Shown here piece by piece: positions 36,338 to 48,300 of a stretch of DNA of 64,000 bases (position 1 is the first letter of the stretch; the number at the start of each line of letters is the position of its first letter). The stretch spans positions 1,626,592 through 1,690,591 of the forward strand of contig NW_003314292.1 of assembly GCF_000143415.4 (NCBI RefSeq). The letters run 5' to 3'. The notes below the pieces were generated by a model. It had not been told where the DNA came from and made no database searches. It was given only the letters and a program-made list of their open reading frames with translations. The stretch is from Selaginella moellendorffii. Lineage: Eukaryota; Plantae; Lycopodiophyta. The translations under genes and the position numbers were made by a program.

Positions 36338-36855
36338 GTAAGGTTTTGGTAAGGTTTGCATCGCTCGATAAAGCCAGGGAAATTCACAGGGAAGTTGAGA
36401 GATGCCAGGGCTTAGCTTCCAAACACGCTCATCAGTTTATATGCCAAGTGTGGGAGTGTGGGAACTTGGCTGACGCCTTCCAGGTTTTTCAGAGGATGCC
36501 GAGTCACAGTTTGGTCTCATGGACGGTTTTGGTACCTTGTTATGAGGAGAATCTATCAGGGCGAGCTGGCGGCGAAAGAAGCGTTTAAGCTCCTGAGCCG
36601 TCAAGGCGGCGGCTCTGGAAAAAGCTGTTCCTCCGACACAGATATATTCGTGGCAAACGCAGCGCTCGATATGTTTCTGAAGTGTGGAAACCTCGAAGAC
36701 GTGTTTGAGGGGATCCAGCACCCGGATGGGACAACTTAGAACTGCGAGCCAAAAACGCATGCAACTCCAGCGATGCTCTCCGAATGGACAGGCTTTCGTC
36801 GCGGTGACAAAAGCTTGAAACCGGGCTGAAGATAGATGGAAAGGTTGTCAAGAAG
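36338..36855 (+). pseudogene. PPR pseudogene C (internal fragment ending at GKVVK)
   Basis: Matches 53490-54220 with deletions. Confidence 0.85.
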
Positions 36856-36983
36856 CCTGGAGAAGCATAAAAAACATTAGAATATTCTAAAATCAGCAAA
36901 TAAGCGTGTGTTAACATATCGAACCATGACTGCAACATAGAGATGGACAGATCTTTATTTCTGAGTTTAATCTCAGCTCAAGA

Positions 36984-38906
36984 TCATATCACAACGGCTT
37001 CGAGTGCTTTGATAAACACTCTATCAACCTCTTGGGGCTGTGCCACGGCAGAGAACACAGTGTATGTTTCGTTATAGTTAACACTTCCAGCAGACGACCA
37101 CCTTGAGGGAAACCAGTCTGGCTTACCACCCTCTGGACCAATCCAGTGAAAACCCCATCTGATATCTTCCACATCATAACCAGCTGTATAAAGACTCATG
37201 TTCTCAGGCTTGAAGAACTTGCTCGCACTCTGCCATTTTGTGATCCCTTTTTGTGGCCCAATAAAAACTTGAAACACGTCAATGAAGAGCAGATCACTTT
37301 CCACTCTCCGAGTCGCAAAGTTAACGCAGCAGTGTTGCCAGCTGCTGGGGATATAAGTTGTTGGCGAGTACGTTAGGACTGGTCCCAAATCCAAGCCGAA
37401 ATAATGAAAAGCTTCAATCTTCTTCCCCTTCATCGGCCCCATGCCCCACTGTTTTGCGATGTGGATTATGATCCTTTCCACCATAAGTCCAACCAGCAAC
37501 GGTGCAGGGTGTGCGGCCATGCATTCTTCAATGAGCTGCTCCGCCACTTTCATCATCAAGGCATCTCCATCTGCCTTATTCAAATGCATTCCAACGGCGG
37601 CCACAACCATTGCCTTGGCAAGATCAGAAACCAGCGCAAACTTGTCTCCATTTTGTACAATCCACCGAGGATCGAAACTATCAGAGTCGATCCTGCCTCT
37701 GCCAGCTATCAGATCCGATAGCGCAGCCACCGCTCTTCTCCTCCTGACACGTTTCAAGGCCGCTATCTCCGTCACCCACTGTTCCACAGTCCTTCGTTGT
37801 TGTTCAACCTCCTCGGTGGACAGAAACTTCTCCCTCGCCTCGCCCTCACGATCTGCAGAAGTCGCCGCTGCGACGTAGCAATCCACGAAAACACGCACCA
37901 TGAGTGGCAAACCTCCCGTCAATGCCTGCATTTCACCAGGCTCGGACAGCAAGCCCTTCCAGGTAATGTACTGCTTCGTCTCCTCGGGCGTGAAGGCTGT
38001 GTACTTGCAATGGTAGTTTCTGTTGTGAGTGGTCTTGAAAACCCTGGCATAGGCCTCGTTCCGCCTTGCCGAGCCACCATGCAAGCAGGTTGAGCTTTGC
38101 TCGAGTGCTTTCAAAGCAAGCCACACGTCCATAAGGGAGCTGTTCGAGGCCCTGCTGTCCAAAACATCGTACTCGTCGACAACGAAGAACAGATCGTTGG
38201 TGCCTTTCAACCATGACACCACCTCCATCATCTCCTCCCAGTCCTCAATGCAGCACAGGCAGTTGCACGTCGGAGTATCATCCGCAAATGCCACCAAGAG
38301 AGCCTCCCTGATCGCCTCGAGCAAGCCGGAATTGCTCTCTGGCATTCTAAAGATGCAAACCAGCCGCGACTTCCTTGCTGCTGTTCCATTCCCCTTCGAG
38401 AACGTGTGGAGACAATGCAAAGATAGCATGAGCAAGAGGTAAGTTTTCCCCGAGCCAACATTCCCGTCCAAGTCTATCACATCGTTCTTTCTCGCCGCTG
38501 TGAATCTGTCCAGTATGTCCTTGAAGACTGGGCGCCCCACAAGCCAGATGCCATCAGCCTCTGACGGAACGCGCGGCACCCTGGGCTGCAAGCTCGGCCA
38601 TGGCAGCTTGTCAAACACTTTCAACTCGGCGAAGTCCACGCTTGGAAGCGCTGCGATGGAATCCGCGATGCTCCGCACGCGCCGCAGCACTGCATCGGAG
38701 CGAGCGTTGCCAAACATGCCCGCCGCTGTCATCTCGTTGCGAAGGCGGCCTGGCGGTAATCGAGCCCTGGCATGAGGTTGCTTCAAATCCTTGACAGAGA
38801 ACAAGAGCTGCGACTCCACTTCCTCCACCAGCTTGCGCTTCGCAGGAGTGGAGTAGTCTGGAAGCCGATCGATCCAATCGCGCAGCAGGGACTCGTCGCC
38901 CGCCAT
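36984..38906 (-). CDS. STAND-like P-loop NTPase with putative C-terminal PD-(D/E)xK-like nuclease (Crinkler/RHS-type), copy 2
   Basis: Intact 640 aa intronless ORF: LVGR, Walker A GNVGSGKT, Walker B FFVVDEYD, GxP motif TGGLPL, C-terminal YIP....VNF....FQV motif. Confidence 0.8.
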   Translation of the reverse strand: MAGDESLLRDWIDRLPDYSTPAKRKLVEEVESQLLFSVKDLKQPHARARLPPGRLRNEMTAAGMFGNARSDAVLRRVRSIADSIAALPSVDFAELKVFDKLPWPSLQPRVPRVPSEADGIWLVGRPVFKDILDRFTAARKNDVIDLDGNVGSGKTYLLLMLSLHCLHTFSKGNGTAARKSRLVCIFRMPESNSGLLEAIREALLVAFADDTPTCNCLCCIEDWEEMMEVVSWLKGTNDLFFVVDEYDVLDSRASNSSLMDVWLALKALEQSSTCLHGGSARRNEAYARVFKTTHNRNYHCKYTAFTPEETKQYITWKGLLSEPGEMQALTGGLPLMVRVFVDCYVAAATSADREGEAREKFLSTEEVEQQRRTVEQWVTEIAALKRVRRRRAVAALSDLIAGRGRIDSDSFDPRWIVQNGDKFALVSDLAKAMVVAAVGMHLNKADGDALMMKVAEQLIEECMAAHPAPLLVGLMVERIIIHIAKQWGMGPMKGKKIEAFHYFGLDLGPVLTYSPTTYIPSSWQHCCVNFATRRVESDLLFIDVFQVFIGPQKGITKWQSASKFFKPENMSLYTAGYDVEDIRWGFHWIGPEGGKPDWFPSRWSSAGSVNYNETYTVFSAVAQPQEVDRVFIKALEAVVI

Positions 38907-39089
38907 CGAAAGCCCTAGAAAAGAGGGGAAATGTAAAGGTGAAGTGTACCTTATTTAGGGCTCATTATATTTTCTTCAGTCTTATTCTTAACTTAAATGG
39001 ATTTATTGTTGGAAGAACGTAGGGATCAGGAGAGTTGCGTATGTGGAACTTGCCAGGGACAACGCCGTGATGTATGAGATCATGTCAAA

Positions 39090-39450
39090 CATGTTCGTGA
39101 TTTCTTATTTTCCCAAGGTATCGCACTTGGAATTTGGAAAGCCTTTGAACCTTGTTTGAGCTCCACAGGTGTGGGAACAGCACTGTGTAATGGATCACAA
39201 GAGCTGGATCATATGAAATAAGCTTGGCTAGGGTTCTTGGCTGTCCCGATATGATGTGAACTAGTGCTGAGGTTTCGATCGATGACACATTCGAATCAAA
39301 TCAGTCTTGATCATGTGAGATTCATTTGTTTTGGACACTTATAGACAGTCGACCTCCCAAAGCAGGAGCTCAACAACAATATCAACTGGGTGCTGTGGGA
39401 TTAATTGCTTCACACGAATCAATTGAATTGATCCCACCAGCACATTGCTC
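39090..39450 (+). pseudogene. Degenerate duplicate of the AP2M last exon, intergenic region and SDR 3' flank (21020-21720)
   Basis: caggtgtgggaa...atcacaagagctggatc...gaaataag and gctgaggtttcgatcgatgac.cattcgaatcaaatcagtctt are shared with 21157-21530. Confidence 0.75.
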
Positions 39451-40424
39451 AAACACAAGAAACTAAACTTGTAATTCCCAATGGAATTCCAATGTGGGAA
39501 ACTTTGAGAAATTTTTTGGGAATTCTTGAAAATTGGGAATTCCTTAGAAACTTCAGATGTGAGTGTATGGAATATGGAAAGAGAATACAAGAAAAAACCC
39601 TAGTTTATATACATGAACGAGTGATCCGGATTAAAACCAATATGATAGCTACCAAAATCCCATTATACTAATATTAATATATAGCATCGTAGTTGTACAT
39701 TTGAATCTCACATCATCCCCTCATCTCAGAATGACAGAAGACCATTAGGGTTCTTTTGTGGATGGGCTAAGATCTAGAGGAACATCAAGAAGAGGCATCG
39801 ATGGATCTGTAAATGGTGTCAATTGTTCTTGATCCCTTTGTACGAAGTATTTTAGCTGTCGTATATGCACAATTTTTGGAGGATCAGCTTGCTGGATGTC
39901 ATGTCGAACTTCATAAACTTGCTGTCCAACTTGTCACAACACTTGATATAGTATTTTCCACTGAGCAAGGAGCCCCTTAAATGGAGGAGTCTCACTCACA
40001 ACTTCCATAAGTCCCATTCTAGACTGGGGGTTGGCTAGCCCCGAGAATGGCATCCTTGCCACTCAACCTGTGTGCACTTGGTCCAAGTGCTTCACGTGTC
40101 CGATCCCATGACCGACACTCAAAAGTGCCACTGACATAGCAGCCTGTTACGTTAAAGCCATGCCTAATCACCTTTGCCGCACTAGTGGTCCAATACCACT
40201 TGCATCACCATCATGTCTCTCCAAGACTGGGCCAACTATCCATGAGTGGTCATCCTAGATCCACTCCTTAGCATCTTTAGGATGCCCACCGACAAGGGGA
40301 ACATCCTTCCCCAATATCCCTCTTTCAGTCCCCACCAAGTCCCATCCAAACCATGGCCATGTTCATCAACACTGCCACTGGGTCAAGGTCCATAGGCCCG
40401 ACCATTAAGTCCCAATGTCCTCTG

Positions 40425-40712
40425 ATGCTTTATTTCATTAAAGTGGGACTTTTCATTATCCCACTTATGGTGTGTGGCCACATGCCATTTTTATAACAAC
40501 AATAAAAAATTGAAGTTTTAACTTTATAATTTATAAATTAAAAACTTTTCATATGATTTTGTGTTATAATATTGTGAAATATAAAAAAATAAATTAAAAA
40601 ACTGATAGAAATATTAATAAATATTAATTAAGTACTAGGAAATGGCATGTGGACACATGCTAATTAATGTCCCACTTTACTGAATAAGTCCCACTTTAAC
40701 GAAATAAAGCAT
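40425..40712 (+). mobile_element. 288-bp MITE, copy 1 (27-bp TIR, 4-bp TSD TCTG)
   Basis: atgctttatttcattaaagtgggactt ... aagtcccactttaacgaaataaagcat, flanked by tctg on both sides; AT-rich core. Confidence 0.92.
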
Positions 40713-41219
40713 TCTGGGACTTCCTCACCCTGTGACTGTATCCTTAGTCACTACGCCATACGTCTGCTCCTCTTCCTTTCCACAGTCTGGGACTTTGGGG
40801 CAACATTTCGGAACACCGTGGCATTATGCAAGCCACCTGGGTATTCTCCCCGCCTTCCACCTTTGGGTGCTCTAGCCATGGGCTTAGAGCGAGGTTCCGT
40901 TGAGCCACGCCAGGTATCCAAGTAGGTAGTGCCACCCACACTTGGACTGGGAGCATCGACCATTCGATCTCTCGGGGGAACTAGAGCCGGCTCTTGAACA
41001 CTTCACCAAGCTACCCCGCTTGTTTGTCCGTATTCACTCTAATCTTGGACTTCCCAGTGGTCATCCCATCACCCAATAACTGGGTATGGCCTTCCTGGGC
41101 CACCTTTCCTGGCCAAACTGGCTCCACTCTCCCTATTATACTTTTGGAACCCCCCTCCCCCCCCCTCCCCCCCAAGGGACGATCACTTTGGGCTTTCACC
41201 CAACTACTTGTATTAGTAT

Positions 41220-41465
41220 TTGGACTCGGACTCGGACTTGGACTCGGATTTGGTCTCGGTCCCGGATTCGGACTTGGATTTGATCTCGGTCTCAGTTCCA
41301 TCTCAGACTTGGACTCCATCTCGGACTCCATCTCAGGTCCATCTTGGACTCCATCTCGGACTCCATCTCGGGTCCATCTCAGACTCCATCTCGGGTCCAT
41401 CTCAGACTCCATCTCGCATCTGTCTCGGACTCCACCTCGAACTCCATCTTGGGTTCATCTCAGAC
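41220..41465 (+). repeat. Degenerate 6/12-bp tandem repeat (ggactc / ggactccatctc)
   Basis: Visible periodic array inside an LTR-like insert; 41127-41200 resembles 42693-42768. Confidence 0.8.
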
Positions 41466-42398
41466 ACTTCCACGTGTCATGTGTTGGTCCTCTTGTGTCC
41501 CTTTTCTAGAGACTCACTTATTGCTTGCTTTGTGTTTGTTCCTTGAGCCCTTCGTTGGGAGTTCCACTCCCGCTCTCGACCTTTCAAGTCGGAGCTTTTA
41601 GTCCAAACATGTTACGCTCTTTTAGCTTTCGCTTTGGCCACTACCACATGGCGCCCTTTCGGCTCCACTTTGGGGCCTAGGGATTTGGTGTCTCACAGAA
41701 ATATGGAGGGATCATTAATTTATTTGCATAAGGTCCTTCCAATATTCGTGCAACTCCTCATTTCCTATATACATCTCGGTGTCCATACCTTTCATTACAA
41801 CAACACCAACAGGACATTGTTGATGCCAAGGTCTTCATCCAAGAAATGAAGGTTGCCAATCTAGAAAACACCGACAATGCCAATAATTGTAACCAACTTT
41901 ATCACATGCTAAGTAGTGGACATCATGGCCACAACCATGTGCTCATTCTAGTCCTTGAACTCGAGCAGCAGTAGCATCAACCTCTATTTGAACAAAACCA
42001 TTTCCCACAAGACGTAGAGTTAAAGAATGTGTAACAAACAGTGGAAGATGTGACATCTTATAACATTGTGCCAAACAAAGGGCATTGTCAAGGGTGGTTG
42101 GAGCAAGTGCTAACCACAAAATTCCCAACTTGATCTGCTTTAACATATTTGACTCTCCATGAAGCAAGAGACTTCGAAAACAAATACTAAATTGCATCAC
42201 TGACTCGAATGACCATCGACGAAGATGATGCAATTGTTGAAAGACATCATTATAATCGTCAGCATGTCCAAATGTGCATTTGAAGACATCTAGGAGAATA
42301 CTCCAATCCTCACGAGTGGATGTGTTCAAACCATTGTACCATTGTAGTGCCGTCCGTTGGAAACACGTGGGAAACTCATGCAAATGTTGAGCATTATC

Positions 42399-45300
42399 TG
42401 TAGCACACTTGAATTTAGAGCCAAACTCCAAGCCTGTTGCGCTACGAAATGAGGGTCCGGTACAATCCTACGAGCACCAACTCCCCATATCTAGCACCTA
42501 CATGCAAAATGGTGTCAGACGGAGTTTGGCACAATTTTGACATACCGGTGGCCTAACGTGAGGAGGAGGGTACCCCACCGACTAGAGCAGCATGGAGCTT
42601 GGGCTTAGACCCAAGACGGATGCAGAACAAGGAGCGACACAGCCCAGCAGGAGCCAAACTAATGTCTCAGGTGGTCGGACATGCATTCCAACCACTATCC
42701 CTACTATACTTTTGAAACCCTCCCGTCCCCTTCCCCCTTGAGGAACACACGCTGTGGGCTTTCACCCTAAGCCTCCCTTAGTACCAGGAGTTAGTCTTTG
42801 GGACAAGCTCGAAACTTATTAAATATGGAATGTTTTTAGATTGCGAATTTGGACACGAAACGAACACCAATGTGTTCAGGCTGATATCTACATTCAGTAG
42901 ATATGCCAAATTAGCGAATCCTGACACTTTCCATAATTAGCATTTGGAAAGACTAATAGAAAGGGCATGATAGCGAGGGTGTTTGGTAGACACGGTAAGC
43001 TATCATTCAGCGATATTGAGGGACTAGTCTCAATAGGTGAGAGTTCTTGCCAAGCCAGTGCAAGATATAGCAAAAGAGAACTAAAAAGCCGGGCCAAGTA
43101 TGCTTGGTCAAATAGACACTTAGGAATTCCGTCCTTATGCTCATCCGGCCAAGTACAAATGCTAAGTCCAGCTTACTAACACTTCGACAAGAAGGGCCAG
43201 TAAAGGGAACCAGCAGTACTGACCTCTTGCCGTCAGGGCAATAAGGAGAGAGTGTCCGTAAGGATTGGCCGACAAGCATCTTTCAATACCCGAAGTCACA
43301 TTCGCGACACTCTCCCTTCCTTGGGGAAGATCGACGTCCTCGTCGATGCATACCCGAGTCTAGCAAATCGTCAAGGAAACTATAAGCTCCTGAGTTTGGA
43401 CTTCCCGGGAGGTCACCCAGTCTAGTACTATTCAAACCCAAGGACGCTTAACCCCAAATATCCCAAGACTCTTAACCGATTGGAAAAGCGGGTGCACTCT
43501 TGTTCATGGGCCCTTTCCCTCTATATTTGAACCCCATGGATCGTCTCTCAAGTCGTTCCCTTTGGTTGCTTACAATCCACCATGCTTCCCTGCAAGTTCA
43601 CGCCATCGTGAACGGAAGCTGAGAGCCGCAGCTCTCCCGAGAGCCCCGCTCTCTTGACACCTTACCCCTCAGGTCGAGCCCAACGGGAACAAACTGGACC
43701 AGCCAGATGTCAATCAACATGTGGTGTGATTCCCTTAGCCAACCAAGGGAGTCGGACCCGAGACCTCTCTGATACCAAATGTAAGCTCTTGAGTTTGGAC
43801 TTCCCGGGAGGTCACCCAGCCCAGTACTATTCAAACCCAAGGACGCTTAACCCTAAATATCCCAAGACCCTTAACCAATTGGAAAAGGGGGTGCACTCTT
43901 GTTCATGGGTCCTTTCCCTCTATATTTGAACCCCATGGATCGTTTCTCAAGTCGTTCCCTTTGGTTGCTTACAGAAACAACTCTGAAAGTTAACGGAAAG
44001 CACACTATGTGGGAAACACACCAACTTAAATGAGTTATGGAACGACCTCTCCTCTACGTCTAAAGACATTACGACTCAGACACCCTCCGGCCGTCACCGA
44101 CAAGGAAATGACTAACGGAGTTAGCCACCCTTGCTGCTCCGAGCACCACTTGGCTTATAAAGGAATGATACATCTCTGCCCGCAGGGACATAGGGAGAAG
44201 GCTAGAGGCCCAACTTCCCCTGAGCAAGAAATCAACCCCGTCGGGAAGATTTAGACAATTATTATAAACTGGCAGATTAAGTTGTTTACACGACCATGCC
44301 TCTTTTCAAAAATGAACCTTCGAGAGAGAGGCGGGGACTTGTGATTAGTCTATAATAGTTATCCCCATGGTTATGGATTAGACCCATGCACCGAAGTGCC
44401 GAAGTCAGCCTGCCAAAACTAACCCAAGTACTAACAAATGAGAGAAATGACACTTTGATTTATAGAAATAGATTACTTTATTGATTTGCAAGATTTATTA
44501 CAAAGTTTATAAAAGCTATTTATTTTTTATTATTATTCTCATACTGCGTGACAAGCTCACGAGCATGGGTAAGATTACTAAGAGGCTCCCAAGTTAATTC
44601 ACAAGCTGGGTAACCTTTCCACTTAACTAGATACTCTCAACATTTGGCACGTTTAAGCCAATGTGTATCCAAAATAGCCTCTACTTCATACTTAAGTTCA
44701 CCATCCACAACATTTGGCGGTGGATGAATCTCCCTTTGATGTGCAACATCTATAGTGTAAAGAGCCAATAAATTGGCATGAAATACATTATGAACATTGG
44801 ACATCTCCGTAGACTGATCCAACCGATAGGATACATCACCAAGACGTTTTAACACCCGATAGGGTCCAACATATCTCAGCAAGAGCTTCCGAGACAAAGA
44901 ACCCTTAATGTTCAAGTTTTGGGAAGATAGCCACACCTGATCTCCCACTTGATAGGATACATCCCGACGATACTGATCTTTATCACATTGATACCTATCT
45001 TGAGCTTTGCCCATCGCCTCAGTAGCCTGAGACCAACCTTGGCGTAGCTACTCCGCATAAGTCTCAACGGCTGGGACCAACACTTCGGTCATTGGTTTCG
45101 GTACAACAATCTATTGAGGAACCCCACGAGCATTCCCTTGCAGCATCTCCCATGGAGAACAGCCTATAGCGCTGTGAAATGTGTTGTTATAACAGATTTC
45201 TGCTGTATCCAAATGCTCAACCCAGTCGCGTTAGTCTACCGCAACATAGTACCACAGATAATCCTCAACTTAAGCATTCACACGTTCGGTCTCCCCATCA

Positions 45301-48300
45301 GTTTAAGGATGATAAGCCGTACTAAATTTTAACTTGGTACCAAACAGTTGGAATAGTGTGCCCCAAAACTTCCCCGTAAACCTTGAATCTCTATCCGAGA
45401 TCATCTCTTCAGGAAGACCACGAACTTGCATTACTTCATGGAAAAAGAGCTTTGCTGCTTGTTTCACATTTACTATTCCCACAGTTGGAATGAAGTGTGC
45501 AATCTTTGACAACCGATCCACAACCACCATCAAAGTATCATAACTCTTTGAATTTGGCAAGCAAGTGATGAAATCAAGTGTCACACTTTGAAATGGCTAT
45601 GCTAGTGTGGGAATGCACTACAACTTTCCAGCCTGCTTCTCAGTTTTGCGCTTACATTGCTGGAATATAGGGCAGGAATGGACATAGTCCGCTACATCAC
45701 CTTCCATACCAAACCAGAAAAATCCCTTTTTCAATGAAGCCAGAGTTTTTCACTGTCCACCATGTCCCGCTACTGGAACATCATGATGTTCCTGCAGAAA
45801 CAACTACTGCAGATCCTTAGAGGGAAGATACAATCTTTCTTGCTTATAGAATATAAGCCCATCCGAACTGAGAAGTGAAGCTTTGCATTAGTGCGACTAG
45901 CAACTTTCGTTGCTTCGCTACCAGGGCTTTACTTCAACAACCCTGCACGGCATAAGATTGCCTTCACCAATGGATCACTTCCATATGAAGCCCGAATGTC
46001 CTCCAACCAGTCCAAACTAATTGCTGATATGGCCCGGAATTGAGCTTGACGACTCAACGCATCCAAAACAATATTGTATTTACCAGGTTTATATATGATT
46101 TCAATATCATATCTAGCAAGCTTCTCTTGCCAACAAGCCTGCTGCAGCGTAAGCTTAGGCTACATAGCAAAGTAGCTTAGTGTGTTACTATCCATATAAA
46201 CCTTGGTATGTCCACCCAAGTAGTGTCTCCAATGTTTCAAGGCCGAAACTATAGCAAACATCTCTTTCTCATGCATTGGCCATTTTCATTGAGTTTCATC
46301 CAATTTCTTGGAATAGAACGCAACAGGACAACCATGTTGCCTTAGTGTAACACCAACCGCTTTGTCACAATCTTGCTGTAACATGGCACCAATAGCATAG
46401 CTAGACGCATCACAATGCACTTCGAAGGGTTTATCAAGATCTGGGATCTTGAGAACAGGAACTATACCGTAAACCGTACAAAAGTACGCTGACAAGCTGG
46501 TGTCCAATGGAACGGAATACTACTCTTTGTCAACTTAGTCAATGGAAGAGCAATTCTTGCAAAATTGCAGACAAACTTACGATAGTATCCCGCCAAACCG
46601 AGAAAGGAACGAACATCTGATACAGTGGTTGGGACTTCCCAAGACTTCACCGCTTCCACCTTCTTTGGATCAACCTCAATTACGCCAGCACCAACTATAT
46701 GTCCAAGAAAGTTTACGCGCAATTGACCAAAAGCACATTTACTTTCTTTAGCATACAGTTTGTGTTTGCGCAACTTCTGAAACACCAGCTCCAAGTGTTT
46801 CAAATGATCCTCTAACGTTTCACTGAAGACTAGAACATCGTTGATATATAGGACAACAAATGTGTCCAAATAATCTTTGAATATTCTATCCATCATAGTG
46901 CTGAACATTGCTAGAGCATTACATAACCCGAACGGCATAACAAGGAACTCATAAGATCCGTACAGAGTCTTAAAGGTTGTCTTTTCCACATCCTGATCCA
47001 CCACCTGTATCTGATGATACCTGGACAGCAAATCAAGTCACGTAAAATACTTAGCCTTTAAGAGTTGGTCAAACAAGTCATCAATGTGGGGCAAAGGATA
47101 ACTATTCTTGACCGTGATCTTGTTGAGTGCCCGATAGTCGATACACATCCTCATGGTTCCATCCTTTTTCATAACAAAAAGGACTGGCGCTCCATAAGAT
47201 GACTTGCTTGGTCGGATATGACCTTTGTCAAGAAGCTTCGTAAGTTGCTTCTTGAGTTCAGCCATCTCCTTGATATTCAACCGATATGGAGCTTTTGTAT
47301 ATGGTTTAGAACCCGGTATAACCTCAATCCAATAATCAACCTCACGGTTAGGAGGTGGCCTTAGTGGCAAATCCTTCGGGAAGATATCCTGATTCCTCGC
47401 CAACAACTCCAATATTTTCTTTAGTACAAGATCAACCCCATCACCGATTCGAACCGAGTCACCTATACCCTCAGCTTCCATCACTTGAACCCAAAAGGTT
47501 TAACATCCCTTCTTAGCTACTTTTTGAGCGGCTCTTGCAGTCAGGAACTTAGCATCCCAATACTTTGAGGAGCGCTTTTGCAACTGAAAGGACACATCAG
47601 GACGTCCTTCTAACTTCAATGTGATACGACTTTGTCCAGCACCATAAATCCCTTTTATGTATTTGTTGAAGAAATCCATACCAAACACCATCTGAAAATT
47701 TGGTATTTTCAACACTACCAAGTCCACTCTTTCTTTCCACTTGGATATCTTTATTAGAACATCACTTACAAACTTTCTGGCTACTTGCCCACCTTCCGCA
47801 AACCGGAAGTGCATAGGTGACATTTGCTTAGCATTCAATCCTAACAATTTAACTAAGTCTTCGGATATCATACTGTGCGTAACTCCCGTATCAATCATCA
47901 CTCGGATTCAGTGTCTGTAGACAAAGCCTACCAAATACATCAACGGATTAGTGTTTGCATTGACTGCGAGAAAAGCTTGAGGAAAGCAACGAAAGTAACT
48001 CACCTCCTCTTCCTCATAGTTTGCATTGACCAGCTCGTCAACGTCTTCAGCTTCACCACCACCGTCTTCCCTCATGACATTAACACAAGACTTTGTCTTA
48101 TGCTTATTGGGACATTCTGAGGATCTATGTCCTGACTCTCCACAATGGAAGCAATGACCCACACTACCCGTTCCGCTAGGAGCAAGTTTTGCAGGTTGCT
48201 ACTGCTTGTACCCACCAGGAGGAGGAGCAAAGGGCCTAGGACCAGAAGAAGATGCTCGTGGTCTCCAACCACCACCACCTTTGTTAACCGTTGCTTGTGA

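Noticed and set aside
36984-38906. Canonical NB-LRR resistance gene
   Set aside because: Has P-loop and GLPL-like motifs but no TIR/CC/RPW8, MHD motif or LRRs.
41220-41465. CRISPR-like array or Pro/Ser-rich protein (ORFs 40994-41601)
   Set aside because: Continuous degenerate 6/12-bp tandem repeat without unique spacers; the ORFs are by-products of the repeat.
43398-43852. 5S rRNA genes
   Set aside because: Only the internal ~56-bp control region matches; the 5S 5' and 3' ends are absent and the segments sit inside LTRs with PBS, PPT and TSD.
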